Shown here: positions 1 to 9,419 of the stretch, piece after piece
Layout: each line of letters opens with the position of its first letter
Position numbering within the stretch: the stretch's first letter is position 1
Assembly: GCA_012841635.1 (NCBI GenBank)
Contig: DUUJ01000040.1
Span: 8,942-72,941, forward strand
From: Clostridiales bacterium
GTDB lineage: Bacteria > Bacillota > Clostridia > Oscillospirales > CAG-272
Length of the DNA stretch: 64,000 bases
Reading direction: 5' to 3'
The notes under the pieces: model-generated
The model's database searches: none
Seen by the model: the letters and a program-made list of their open reading frames with translations, nothing else
What the model was told of the DNA's origin: nothing
Translations under genes and position numbers: made by a program

Positions 1-1409
1 TACTGACCGTCTTTCTTCCGATTTTTTCTCATACGGCTTACGCCGGGGAAGCGGACGGCAGCGACACCGAATTTGCCCGCAGCATAATAAACAGCGGAGC
101 GGGAGCCCCCGACCGTTTTCTCGCGTCCGCTTATCCGGAATACGAAAGCATTCTTCTGAGCCATACAGGAACTATCACAGCCGGCGCTTCCGATCTTTAC
201 GAAGCGGCGCTGATGCTTTACGACTGGATGGTCTATAACGTAACATACGCTTACGGACATTTCGGAGCCGAGTCCATCGGCGATATCTTTGAAAAGAAAA
301 TCGGAAGCTGCACCGACTTCAGCTACGCTTACATGGCGTGGCTCCGCTACAACGGCATCCGCGCGTGGTGCGCCAGCGGAAGCTATTATTCCGGTTCGTA
401 CCGCTGGGATCACACCTGGTGCGTCGCTGAAATAGGCGGAGTCGAGTATGTCTTCGACCCGGAAGTTCAGAATTACAACTATGTCAGAACCGGCGTAATG
501 AGCCACACGAAATTCTGCGTCGATCCCGATAAGGCAGCGGCGAATTATGTCGGATCCTCCGCCCGTTATTTCAATTATGACAGCGGAGATAAATCAAATA
601 CCGCCGTCGATTACAAATCTCCCGCGCCGGCAGAAACTCCGTCTTATGAAACCGCTCCGGAAAACTCAGTTGAAGTTCCGGTTGATCCCGAGGTCGTATT
701 CAGCTACCCGGGCTGGGAGGTCCTCACCGAAGAAGACTTTTCCCGGATAGAAGCGCCTGCGCCTTTCGAAGAGGCTGCGGTTTATTCGGCCCCTGCCCCG
801 GTTCCCGTCATATCCGCGGCTCCTTCACGGCTGTCGTATAAAGACGTCCCGCTTGATTACGAATTCATCGAAGGGATCGATTTTGTCAGCTGCCTGAAGC
901 TTATGAACGGAACCGGAGAAAACACATTCGAGCCGAACGGCGGAATAACCCGGGGCATGCTGGTGACGGTTCTGGGAAGGCTTGCGCAGATAAACCCGGA
1001 CGATTACATCAATGCCGACGGCGGCTGGTCCAGGTTCGCGGATGTGCCGGCGGAAAGCTGGTACTCCCCTTACATCGGCTGGGCGGCAAAGAACGGGATT
1101 GTTTTAGGTTACAGCGACGGCAGCTTCAAGCCCGACACGGTTGTAACCCATCAGCAGTTCTATGTTGTCATGAAGCGATATATGGAAGCCAATCTTTTCC
1201 GGTTCGCCGAAGTCAAAACAGACGGCAGCGCGTATCCGGATTTTGACCAGGTTGATTCCTGGGCTCAGGATGCCGCTCTGCTCTGCGGCGCAACCGAAAT
1301 AATCCCCTCGACGGACGGCAGGCTGAATCCGTTCAGCACACTGAGCCGCGGAGAACTTGCTCATTCAATAATGAAGTACTGTGTTTTCGCCGAAAAATTG
1401 CAAAACTGA
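1..1409 (+). CDS. Secreted transglutaminase-like domain protein with three C-terminal SLH repeats; 5' end lies outside the window
   Basis: Frame 3 is open from the window edge (LTVFLPIFSHTAYAGEA looks like the end of a signal peptide), so the listed Met at 213 is internal. GSCTDFS ... DHTWC ... FDPE resembles a transglutaminase-core Cys/His/Asp. Three SLH-like repeats are present (YKDVPLDYEF.., FADVPAESWYSPYIGWAAKNGIVLGYSDGSFKP, DFDQVDSWAQDAALL..). Confidence 0.7.
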   Translation, partial: LTVFLPIFSHTAYAGEADGSDTEFARSIINSGAGAPDRFLASAYPEYESILLSHTGTITAGASDLYEAALMLYDWMVYNVTYAYGHFGAESIGDIFEKKIGSCTDFSYAYMAWLRYNGIRAWCASGSYYSGSYRWDHTWCVAEIGGVEYVFDPEVQNYNYVRTGVMSHTKFCVDPDKAAANYVGSSARYFNYDSGDKSNTAVDYKSPAPAETPSYETAPENSVEVPVDPEVVFSYPGWEVLTEEDFSRIEAPAPFEEAAVYSAPAPVPVISAAPSRLSYKDVPLDYEFIEGIDFVSCLKLMNGTGENTFEPNGGITRGMLVTVLGRLAQINPDDYINADGGWSRFADVPAESWYSPYIGWAAKNGIVLGYSDGSFKPDTVVTHQQFYVVMKRYMEANLFRFAEVKTDGSAYPDFDQVDSWAQDAALLCGATEIIPSTDGRLNPFSTLSRGELAHSIMKYCVFAEKLQN

Positions 1410-1424
1410 AAACAAAATCAACGT

Positions 1425-1469
1425 AAGCGGCATGCGGCGGCAGAACCATACGCACGCCGCTGCTTTTTT
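1425..1469 (+). terminator. Rho-independent terminator after the SLH/transglutaminase gene
   Basis: Stem AGCGGCATGCG (1425-1435) pairs with CGCACGCCGCT (1450-1460) with one mismatch, followed by GCTTTTTTA. Confidence 0.6.
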
Positions 1470-1522
1470 ATGCCGAAAGACAACAATTATTTAAATAACA
1501 CAATAACGGTGCGGAATTAATC

Positions 1523-2866
1523 ATGGAAAAAAAGAACCACAATGCCCTGCTCAAAACCATCAGCCGTTCCCTTATAGTCATCGCTATGGCCGCCGTCCTG
1601 GTCGCGATACCCGAAATGCAGATGCGCGCCTTTCTTTCGGCGGAGCTTGCAGCCGTTGAGGAATCTTCCCGCCGGGCGGGAGAAGCCGCCGCCGCGGCAA
1701 GAGCGGAAGACACCCCCTACTCAAGGCGCATGCTGGAAATAGCCAAGCTGGAAGCGCAGGAAGCTTTCTACCAGAAATACAAATACCGCAATGAATTTCA
1801 TTATTACGGTCAGTTTTATGAGATGTATCAGCAGGTGTATAAAGCCGACACGATATTTATCGGCACCTCTCATGCTTCTCACGGAGTGAACCCGAAATAC
1901 ATCGAAGAGGCTTATTCCGGCAAGGGAGACCGCAGTTTCTTCAACTTCTCGCTGAACGGTTCAAATCCCGGATACTATGTCGAGTGGTATAAGTTCTTCA
2001 AGGAATCCGGCTACCCGAAGCCGCGAACCATCGTCTACTGCGTCGATTGGTTCATGACCGATCTCGGCTGGCTCTGGCGCCGTAAAGAATTCGACTCGAA
2101 TTACGACTGCCCGCAGTATATAGCAAAGCAGCTTAAAAAAGCCGAGGAAAAGGCCATCGCCGAGGCGCTTGAAACGCCGGAAGAAACGGAAGCGCCGGCA
2201 GAACCTGAGACAACGGCGGAAACGGCTTCCGTTTCCGATTCGGGAGAGGAAAAGGCGTGGTTTACTCTCGAAGGTCTGCTTACCAAATTCATGAACAGCA
2301 TGATGATAATCCACAACCGCGACCGGATCCCCGAAATGGTCAGCTCCTGGTTTGACGTCAAGGGAGATGAAACTGCAGCCGAAACCACCGCCGCCGAGAC
2401 CGCTGAAGAAGAGCTGCCGCCGCTGCCGGTATATACCCATAACGAAGGGATAGTCGACGGTACCGGAATACTTACCGATTCCTACTACAAAGGCTATATC
2501 ACCTGGGAAGCTTATTATGACGGCTGGACAAATACGCAGAATTATCAGGAATATCCCGGTGAATGGGACTCGTTCGTATGGCTCGTCGAACAGTTCCAGA
2601 AAGAGGGGATCGAGGTTATATTTATCCAGGTTCCCGAATATGTTCCGGGGCGCCGGGTTCCCGGCAAGCGCGATATCGAAGCAAACGAACGGCTTGAGGA
2701 CTTCGCCTGGGAACACGATATCCCGTTTATAAACTACAATGCCGAGGAAAGCGAGCTCAACTCAAATCCGGATTATTTCAGCGACTGGGGACACATGAAC
2801 GAAGTCGGTTCGACCAACTTCTCAAAGATACTGATAAAAGACCTCGAAAAAGTCTTTAAAAACTGA
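1523..2866 (+). CDS. Membrane-anchored SGNH/DltD-like esterase or O-acyltransferase-family protein (function uncertain)
   Basis: N-terminal TM helix (LIVIAMAAVLVAIP). An IGTSHASHGVNP block and a C-terminal DWGHMN (DxxH-like) motif are reminiscent of SGNH/DltD-type proteins. Two acidic Glu/Thr/Ala-rich linkers. Confidence 0.5.
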   Translation: MEKKNHNALLKTISRSLIVIAMAAVLVAIPEMQMRAFLSAELAAVEESSRRAGEAAAAARAEDTPYSRRMLEIAKLEAQEAFYQKYKYRNEFHYYGQFYEMYQQVYKADTIFIGTSHASHGVNPKYIEEAYSGKGDRSFFNFSLNGSNPGYYVEWYKFFKESGYPKPRTIVYCVDWFMTDLGWLWRRKEFDSNYDCPQYIAKQLKKAEEKAIAEALETPEETEAPAEPETTAETASVSDSGEEKAWFTLEGLLTKFMNSMMIIHNRDRIPEMVSSWFDVKGDETAAETTAAETAEEELPPLPVYTHNEGIVDGTGILTDSYYKGYITWEAYYDGWTNTQNYQEYPGEWDSFVWLVEQFQKEGIEVIFIQVPEYVPGRRVPGKRDIEANERLEDFAWEHDIPFINYNAEESELNSNPDYFSDWGHMNEVGSTNFSKILIKDLEKVFKN

Positions 2867-2930
2867 GCATCGCCCGGAACCAAAGCCTGACCGGAACCGT
2901 ACCGCCGCAACTTCGCAAAGGAGCATTGCC

Positions 2931-3872
2931 ATGCCGGAAAAATACAGCTGCAACATAAAAGACCTTATAAAGGAATTCTCGCTTGAACCGCTTTATATGC
3001 CGCCCGGAGAGTGCATTATCTACTCGATGGACTTAAACCGCCCCGGTCTTGCCCTGACCGGTTTTACCGGGCATTTCGACAACAAGCGGGTTCAGATATT
3101 CGGCAGAAGCGAACACCAGTATCTCGAGGAGCTGCCGCCGGATGTGCGCATCGCTCATATCGAAAATTTCATGAAACTGAAGCCGCCCGCCCTGATATAT
3201 TCAACTTCGCTCGTGCCGAGCGAGGGACTTATCGAGTGCGCAAAGAAATATCAGATACCGGTGCTCAGCTCGGCGGACGATACTTCGGATCTTTTCGCCA
3301 TGGTGCTCTCCTTCCTGCACGTCCGGCTGGCGCCGCGGATCACCCGCCACGGCGTTTTCGTCGAAGTTTACGGCGAGGGTATTCTCATTTTGGGAGACAG
3401 CGGCATCGGCAAGAGCGAAACGGCTATCGAGCTTGTCAAGAGAGGCCACCGCCTTATCGCCGACGACGCGGTCGAGATAAAGAAGGTTTCGGCAAAAACC
3501 CTCGTAGGTTCGGCGCCGGATTTAATAAAATATTATGTCGAGCTGCGAGGCATCGGCATCATCGATGTACGGCGGATATTCGGAGTCGGCGCCGTCAAGG
3601 ACACCGAAAAGGTCGACATGATAATCACTCTCGAGCCGTGGGTTCAGGGAAAGATGTACGACCGCATCGGCGGGGAGTCGGAATATATCGAAATCATGGG
3701 GATAAAAATCCCGATGACGACGATACCGGTGAAGCCGGGCCGCAACCTGGCCGTGATTCTCGAAATCGCCGCGATGAACAACCGTCAGCGGCGGATGGGC
3801 TACAATACCGCCGATGAATTTAACAAGAAACTGATAGAAAGCATGGAAGCGCAGAGCGCGGAGACTTTATGA
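2931..3872 (+). CDS. hprK: HPr kinase/phosphorylase
   Basis: AAGGAG RBS before the ATG. P-loop GDSGIGKSETAIELVKRGHRLIADD, YYVELRGIGIIDVRRIFG and typical length (313 aa). Confidence 0.95.
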   Translation: MPEKYSCNIKDLIKEFSLEPLYMPPGECIIYSMDLNRPGLALTGFTGHFDNKRVQIFGRSEHQYLEELPPDVRIAHIENFMKLKPPALIYSTSLVPSEGLIECAKKYQIPVLSSADDTSDLFAMVLSFLHVRLAPRITRHGVFVEVYGEGILILGDSGIGKSETAIELVKRGHRLIADDAVEIKKVSAKTLVGSAPDLIKYYVELRGIGIIDVRRIFGVGAVKDTEKVDMIITLEPWVQGKMYDRIGGESEYIEIMGIKIPMTTIPVKPGRNLAVILEIAAMNNRQRRMGYNTADEFNKKLIESMEAQSAETL

Positions 3873-3880
3873 ATTAACTG

Positions 3881-3912
3881 CCCTCCCGGGACACCGGGAG
3901 GGGTTGTTTTTT
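3881..3912 (+). terminator. Rho-independent terminator after hprK
   Basis: CCCTCCCGG (3881-3889), GACA loop, CCGGGAGGG (3894-3902), then TTGTTTTTTGG. Confidence 0.75.
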
Positions 3913-3974
3913 GGTGTTATTTCACTAATATTTTTTGTGCATCTATCCAATCTTGGAATTTTTTCGTAAAGATA

Positions 3975-4003
3975 TTGACAACTCATTCCGGTTGGAATAT
4001 AAT
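3975..4003 (+). promoter_or_regulatory. Sigma-A-type promoter for the SLH/WG-repeat gene
   Basis: TTGACA (3975-3980), 17-nt spacer, TATAAT (3998-4003); about 110 nt upstream of the start codon. Confidence 0.6.
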
Positions 4004-4115
4004 TAAATTGTCTTAAGACAGCAGCGCGAAGTTTTAAAAGAACATAACCTGCCGCTTAAAACATGGTTATACAGAAGTTATTCCGTTCGGTTGTTTTTTG
4101 TGGGGAGGTACTTTT

Positions 4116-6128
4116 ATGAAACTCAAAAAGCGCATACTCAGCTTCCTTTTAATCGCGGTTCTCTTAACTTCGATGATTCCCGGCGCCGTTTATGCCGACG
4201 AAGGCAGTTTCGACAACTTCAAGGCTTCCAAAATCTGGAACAACGATGTCTTCGGAGACGTCGCGTCTTCCGACTGGTTCTTTGAAAACGTAAAGACGGT
4301 TTTCAAGCTCGGGCTTATGGTCGGAAAGAGCCAGGGCAGATTCGACCCGGAAGGCAGCGTTACCGTTGCCGAGAGCATTACCATCGCCGCCCGCCTGCGC
4401 TCGACATATACCGGTGACGGCCACAAGTTTGAAGCGACCGACCCGTGGTATCAGGCTTATGTCGATTATCTAAGCAAATACGGAGTCAAAAACACCGGAG
4501 TCGATTACAACGACCCGGCTCCCCGCGAAGTTTTCGCGTATATTCTCGTAAGCGCGCTTCCCGGCTCGGCGCTTGAAGCGAAAAATACCGTTGACGACGG
4601 CATGATTCCCGATGTTCCGTCAAACGGAAAATACTCGGAGTATATCTACAAGCTTTACCGCTCCGGCATAGTCGTCGGAAACGACGCGGCCGGAAATTTC
4701 GCGCCGAAATCGAATGTCAGGCGCTGCGAAGTCGCCGCGATAATCGGCAGAATAGCGATTCCGGAACAGCGCCGGTCGGTTGAATTAAAGGCGGCGGTGA
4801 AAGCCGAAGAAACAAAAGAACCCGCGACTTCATCTTCCCCGTCGCTTAAAATCACTTCCATGACGAAAATCACCGAACCGATATACAGCGATCTCGGCGT
4901 TTTCAGAGAAGGTTATATGGCGGTCAAAAAAGGCAGTCTGTGGGGATATATTGATATAACCGGAAAAGAAGTTGTGTCCCCTCAATACTATAACTGTACC
5001 TCGGTAAGAAACGGGTATGTGCTCGTCGCTGACGGTTTTCGTGACGGGACATACAACGTAAAGCTTTTGAAGGACTTCAAGGAAGTCAAATGCCTGACCG
5101 AATATCGCTACGATTACGAACACGGCAAATATGTTTCGGAACCGTTATGGCTGACCGAAGATGAATTCGACGACATCACGTTCGGCGAACATGCGATGAT
5201 GATCGGCAGCAGTCCTTATACTTATGACGGCGAATACATCTCGGTTAAAAATCCGGAAGTGCTCCGTCCCGCCGGCGCTGAATATGCCGATACATATAAA
5301 ATTTTCGATATGATCGGCGGCGAAATCAACGGAATAATTCCGATGTGCGCTTATTCCGACGCATACTATCAAATTCCGCCGGAAAACGCCCGGGTGCCCA
5401 AAGTATTTCATATGGACCTTAAGGGCAATATAGTCAAAACCTTTGATTCAAATCCCAAAGCGTATGCGATTATGGATTCCGAAGGAAATTATACCGTTCC
5501 CGCCGAACGCTCGATCGTTTATGCATCCGCTCAGGAAAACGGATTTCGGATAGTTGAGGAAGGCTACCGCTTATATGCCAAAACGTATATTCAGACTGTC
5601 TACACCGGGTTAAAATTAATCAACGAGAAAGGCGAATGTATAATCGGACCGCTCGACGCCTTACCTTATTACTGGACTAGCACAGGAAAATATCTTGCCG
5701 ACGGCATCCTGAAGGTTTTCGACAATAATTTACATAAATTCGGCGTTTACAACACTTCCGGAAAGCTGATCGTCCCTTTCTCATTCGACGACATTACAAG
5801 ATCCTCTTTCAGCAGGTTTATTTATGCCGAAAAGGACGGTGTCAGCTATATTTTTGATTCGACCGGAAAAATGTATGATATACCTATTCCCGAATCATGC
5901 GGCGAAGGCAAGATTAAAGATTATGGCTTATCCGGAGACATAATCTGGCTCAGCGTCGGCAAATCGAACGAGCACACCTGGCTTATCGCATACAACAAAG
6001 CAGCTGACAGCTTTGAAATCGTCGACGGCTCCGTCGATGTCGGCATTGTAAGCAGCATATACGAAGGTTACGCGGCTTATGCCGGTCCTAAAGGCAAAAT
6101 CGGCATAATGAAGATAACGATAGGGTGA
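4116..6128 (+). CDS. Secreted surface protein: N-terminal SLH repeats plus C-terminal WG-containing (KWG-type) repeats
   Basis: GGGAGG RBS then ATG at 4116 (the GTG at 4098 in the track is too close to the RBS). Signal peptide MKLKKRILSFLLIAVLLTSMIPGAVYA. SLH-like segments (FGDVASSDWFFENV.., IPDVPSNGKYSEYIYKLYRSGIVVGNDAAGNFAP). WGYIDITGKEVVSPQY-type repeats in the C-terminal half. Confidence 0.75.
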   Translation: MKLKKRILSFLLIAVLLTSMIPGAVYADEGSFDNFKASKIWNNDVFGDVASSDWFFENVKTVFKLGLMVGKSQGRFDPEGSVTVAESITIAARLRSTYTGDGHKFEATDPWYQAYVDYLSKYGVKNTGVDYNDPAPREVFAYILVSALPGSALEAKNTVDDGMIPDVPSNGKYSEYIYKLYRSGIVVGNDAAGNFAPKSNVRRCEVAAIIGRIAIPEQRRSVELKAAVKAEETKEPATSSSPSLKITSMTKITEPIYSDLGVFREGYMAVKKGSLWGYIDITGKEVVSPQYYNCTSVRNGYVLVADGFRDGTYNVKLLKDFKEVKCLTEYRYDYEHGKYVSEPLWLTEDEFDDITFGEHAMMIGSSPYTYDGEYISVKNPEVLRPAGAEYADTYKIFDMIGGEINGIIPMCAYSDAYYQIPPENARVPKVFHMDLKGNIVKTFDSNPKAYAIMDSEGNYTVPAERSIVYASAQENGFRIVEEGYRLYAKTYIQTVYTGLKLINEKGECIIGPLDALPYYWTSTGKYLADGILKVFDNNLHKFGVYNTSGKLIVPFSFDDITRSSFSRFIYAEKDGVSYIFDSTGKMYDIPIPESCGEGKIKDYGLSGDIIWLSVGKSNEHTWLIAYNKAADSFEIVDGSVDVGIVSSIYEGYAAYAGPKGKIGIMKITIG

Positions 6129-6169
6129 TAAACACCTGCGGTCAAACTTTAACAGTCCATTAAAAATCA

Positions 6170-6204
6170 CAGCGACAGACCTTAAACGTCTGCCGCTGTT
6201 TTTT
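6170..6204. terminator. Bidirectional terminator between convergent genes
   Basis: CAGCGACAGAC (6170-6180) pairs with GTCTGCCGCTG (6188-6198) with one mismatch. TTTTTT follows on the plus strand and an A-rich run precedes it, giving a T-run on the minus strand. Confidence 0.6.
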
Positions 6205-6217
6205 CATTGATACCGGC

Positions 6218-7681
6218 TCAGAATATCCCTATCTCAGTGTATGCGATCTCAGCATCCCCGCCGGATTTGAACTCAACGCGGTATCTGTCGGCGGGTTTGA
6301 CCGGCGCTTTGTAATAGACGGCGCCTTCGGGACCGTATTTGATAACCCGCTCCGGCTCGGCGGAGGAATACCCGTTTTTTTCAAATGCGGCGGCGACTCC
6401 GTTTACGCTGACGGCGACGCTTTCGGGAGAACCGGCTGCAAATCCTATGATCACCTCGGCGGAGGCGTTTTCTCTCGCTTTGCCTATGTCGATATCGAGG
6501 ACGGCGCTCTCGCCTGCCGAAAGTCTGACAGGGAGCGGCTTACGGCGCCCGTGACCTCTCGGTGCGATATCTTGGAAAGTCAGCACATGGCGGTATGGGC
6601 GCTTCATCGCCGCTTCAAGGCTTCCCGCGGTCTTGTTGACTTCGTCCATATCTGTGGAAACAGAATCGGGATTTATGAAATAATTGAAAAGATACATCGA
6701 ATCGGCGCCGCGGGAGAGATATCTGACAGCGTATCCTCTTGCGACGGCGGGGGTGCAATACGTCTCGTCAGACGGACGGCAGCAAAGGATCTCAATTCCG
6801 GCGGCAAGCTCGACGCCTTTCACTTTGGATTTCCATTCTTCAGAAGGCATATCGCTGTCGGAAGTTTCCCAGCGCGGGGTGTAACAAACGAGGTCGACAA
6901 GTTCCTCTTTTACCCAATTAACGATGTCAAAGCCGTATATCAGGTTCTGGGCGATATCCGGCATAAGCCGGAAGCCGAGGCGAATTTTGTGTCCCAACTG
7001 CTTCCCTCTTTCTTCAGTCATTTCTCTGACGGCGCGGACGAAACCGGTCATTATCTCAACTCTGTCGGGGCAGTTTTCGATGTCGAAGCAGGTTATCTCC
7101 CTCTGGAAATCAAGTTCAAGTCCGTCGGGGTCGTAGCGCCAAAGCTGCTCTTTTATGTAATCGAGCATTTTTTGACGCACTTCGGGGACGGAGTAGTCGA
7201 AGCAATAGCGGAAGTAGCCGTATTTATCGCCGATTACCCAGCCTTTTTCCCGGGCTTCGTAAAAGAAATCCGAGCGCAGAAAGCTTGCCGGATCATCGGG
7301 TTCGTGGCAGTCGTTCATGCGGATGGTCAGCCAGCCGGAAAGTCCGATTTGGCGAAGACGGCGGAGCCAAACTTCATAGGGGTCTATCGAATATTCGGAG
7401 TTGAGCTTATATATTCCATTGTAAAGGTCTTTATAATCGACTTCAACGCCGTTTTCGATCTCCTGCTCGTATTTGTCGGCGTAATCGCTCCAGATCTCGC
7501 TTTTCGCTGCGGAATACTGGCAGAAGATGTTCAGCAGAACGTCGGTGATGAGTGTGTCTTTGTAGATATCGACGAAGGGATACAGCAGCTCCTCGCTGAC
7601 CTTTTCTTCTTCGGAGACGCGGTTCAGAAACGGCGTCACGACCGAATTGATGTCAATGTTGGTGTAAAATCTGCGTTTCAT
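6218..7681 (-). CDS. Glycoside-hydrolase-like TIM-barrel protein, paralogue B (family not identified)
   Basis: I take the start at the internal Met (MKRRFYTNIDI) because it has a GAGAGG RBS and matches the start of the upstream paralogue. MNDCHEPDD, GLELDFQRE and CYTPRWETSDSDMP blocks suggest a (beta/alpha)8 hydrolase-like fold with a C-terminal beta-sandwich. The function is a guess. Confidence 0.55.
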   Translation of the reverse strand: MKRRFYTNIDINSVVTPFLNRVSEEEKVSEELLYPFVDIYKDTLITDVLLNIFCQYSAAKSEIWSDYADKYEQEIENGVEVDYKDLYNGIYKLNSEYSIDPYEVWLRRLRQIGLSGWLTIRMNDCHEPDDPASFLRSDFFYEAREKGWVIGDKYGYFRYCFDYSVPEVRQKMLDYIKEQLWRYDPDGLELDFQREITCFDIENCPDRVEIMTGFVRAVREMTEERGKQLGHKIRLGFRLMPDIAQNLIYGFDIVNWVKEELVDLVCYTPRWETSDSDMPSEEWKSKVKGVELAAGIEILCCRPSDETYCTPAVARGYAVRYLSRGADSMYLFNYFINPDSVSTDMDEVNKTAGSLEAAMKRPYRHVLTFQDIAPRGHGRRKPLPVRLSAGESAVLDIDIGKARENASAEVIIGFAAGSPESVAVSVNGVAAAFEKNGYSSAEPERVIKYGPEGAVYYKAPVKPADRYRVEFKSGGDAEIAYTEIGIF

Positions 7682-7706
7682 GCGATTACCTCTCTTCATT
7701 ATGTTT

Positions 7707-9185
7707 TTATGCTTGATAAATTCCAATCTCTGCGTAGACAAGTTCGGCATCTGCGGCGGCTTTCAGCTCGACGCGGTATTTGTCGGCGGGTTTTACCGGC
7801 GCTCTGTAATAAACAGTTCCGTCGGGACCGTAATAAATTCGCCTGTCCGGTTCGGCGGACGGATATTCGGTTTCGGTGAAATCTGCCGCATCGCCGTTTG
7901 CGAAGACGGAGATGTTTTCCGGCGAGCCGGATGTAAAGCCTAATATCAGCTCGGCGGAGGCGTTATCTCTCGCTTTGCCGATGTCTATATCAAAGGCGGC
8001 GTTTTCTCCCGATTTAAGTTTTATCGGCAGCGGCTTCCATCGCCCGTAACCTCTCGGAGATATGTCCTGGAAAGTGACCGCATGGCGGTAGGGATGCTTA
8101 ATCGCTTCTTCAAGGCTGCCTGCCGTCTCATTGACCTGCTGTATATATTTTGCGCGCGAATCGATATTGCCGGGATCGATATAATAATTATACAGGTACA
8201 TCGAATCGGCGCCGCGGGAGAGGTATCTTACGGCGTATCCTCTTACGACGGCGGGGGTGCATCTCGTTTCGACCGACGGACGGCAGCAGAGAATCTCGAT
8301 GCCGGCGGCAAGCTCAACTCCCTTGACTTGTTCTTCCCATTCTTCCGACGGCATATCGCTGTCCGATGTTTCCCACCGCGGAGTGTAGCAGACGAGGTCG
8401 ACAAGTCCCTCTTTTGCCCAATTTACGATGTCAAAGCCGTATATCAGGTTTTGCTCAATATCCCGCATCAGCCGGACGCCGAGGCGGATTTTATGCCCTA
8501 ACTGCCGCCCTCTTTCTTCCGTCATTTCGCGGACGGAGCGGACGAAGTCGGTCATTATCTCTATCCTGTCGGGGCAGTTTTCGATGTCGAAGCAGGTTAT
8601 CTCCCTCTGGAAATCAAGTTCAAGTCCGTCGGGGTCGTAGCGCCAAAGCTGCTCTTTTATGTAGTCGAGCATTTTTTTCCGCACTTCGGGGACGGAGTAG
8701 TCGAAGCAATAGCGGAAGTAGCCGTATTTATCGCCTATCATCCAGCCTTTTTCCCGGGCTTCGTAAAAGAAATCCGAGCGCGCAAAGAAGGTCGTCTCAT
8801 CGGGGCTGTGGCAGTCGTTCATGCGGATCGAGAGCCAGCCGGAAAGTCCGATTTGACGAAGACGGCGAAGCCAGACATCAAAAGGATCTATCGAATATTC
8901 GGCGTTGAGCTTATAGATGCCCCTGTATAATTCCCTGTAATCGACTTCGACGCCGTTTTCGGTTTTCTGCTCGTATTTGTCGGCATAATCGTTCCATATT
9001 TCGCTTTTTGTCGCGGAATATTGACAGAAGTTATTCAGGAGAACATCGGTTATCAGGGTGTCTTTATAGATGTCAACGAAGGGATACAGAAGCTCTTCGC
9101 TTACATTCTCCTCTTCGGAGACGCGGTTCAAAAACGGTGTCGTGACCGTATCGATATCGATGTTGGTGTAGAATCTGCGTTTCAT
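7707..9185 (-). CDS. Glycoside-hydrolase-like TIM-barrel protein, paralogue A (family not identified)
   Basis: GGAGG RBS. Collinear with paralogue B over its whole length. The N-terminal ~330 aa are very similar and the C-terminal third is more diverged. Confidence 0.55.
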   Translation of the reverse strand: MKRRFYTNIDIDTVTTPFLNRVSEEENVSEELLYPFVDIYKDTLITDVLLNNFCQYSATKSEIWNDYADKYEQKTENGVEVDYRELYRGIYKLNAEYSIDPFDVWLRRLRQIGLSGWLSIRMNDCHSPDETTFFARSDFFYEAREKGWMIGDKYGYFRYCFDYSVPEVRKKMLDYIKEQLWRYDPDGLELDFQREITCFDIENCPDRIEIMTDFVRSVREMTEERGRQLGHKIRLGVRLMRDIEQNLIYGFDIVNWAKEGLVDLVCYTPRWETSDSDMPSEEWEEQVKGVELAAGIEILCCRPSVETRCTPAVVRGYAVRYLSRGADSMYLYNYYIDPGNIDSRAKYIQQVNETAGSLEEAIKHPYRHAVTFQDISPRGYGRWKPLPIKLKSGENAAFDIDIGKARDNASAELILGFTSGSPENISVFANGDAADFTETEYPSAEPDRRIYYGPDGTVYYRAPVKPADKYRVELKAAADAELVYAEIGIYQA

Positions 9186-9214
9186 GCGGTTACCTCCATT
9201 TTTAAATTAAAATA

Positions 9215-9243
9215 AGTATAGCACAGGCATTGCCGAATGTCAA
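9215..9243 (-). promoter_or_regulatory. Sigma-A-type promoter for the tandem GH-like genes
   Basis: On the minus strand: TTGACA (9243-9238), 17-nt spacer, TATACT (9220-9215); about 30 nt upstream of the 9185 start. Confidence 0.6.
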
Positions 9244-9302
9244 CATTATTCGGTATTCTGCACCAATCCGAAAATCTGACGTTTTTTGTGAATATCCGCA
9301 AT

Positions 9303-9347
9303 AACAAAAAGCCGGGGCGTCTCGGCTGATTTGAGATTATCCCCGGC
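9303..9347 (-). terminator. Probable terminator of the zinc-ribbon protein gene
   Basis: Read on the minus strand: GCCGGGG/CCCCGGC arms (9311-9317 / 9341-9347), or an inner AGCCG/CGGCT hairpin, followed by TTTTTGTTAT. Confidence 0.5.
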
Positions 9348-9419
9348 AAAGCGGCATTAAACTGCGATTTTTTCAAAAGGTAAAGTCACGGTCAAATATA
9401 TTGATATGGTTATACAAAT

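Larger units (their letters stand above)
6218..9185 (-). repeat. Tandem direct duplication (two ~1.5-kb gene copies, period 1504 nt)
   Basis: The two CDS align end to end. A 98-nt perfectly identical run at 7062-7159 matches 8566-8663. Confidence 0.85.

Noticed and set aside
2150-2410. Repetitive GAA/ACG/GCC-rich DNA here and at 42700-42800, considered as possible nucleotide repeats.
   Set aside because: They are in-frame Glu/Thr/Ala/Pro-rich linker segments of the encoded surface proteins, not independent repeat elements.
3011-3817. A 268-aa alternative-frame ORF inside hprK, plus similar same-strand out-of-frame ORFs (for example 39130-39822 and 45683-46129).
   Set aside because: The translations are extremely Arg/Pro-rich with no motifs. 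The overlapping frame encodes unambiguous HprK, ABC or AckA sequence.
6551-7879. Long ORFs antisense to well-supported genes: 6551-7879 (+442 aa), 12256-13407 (-383 aa), 17772-19178 (-468 aa), 39248-40129 (-293 aa), 49138-50280 (-380 aa), 51499-52410 (-303 aa) and many shorter ones.
   Set aside because: These are shadow ORFs typical of GC-rich coding DNA. They are Arg/Gly/Ala-rich and low-complexity, and they have no RBS and no recognisable motif. Each lies opposite a gene with clear family signatures.
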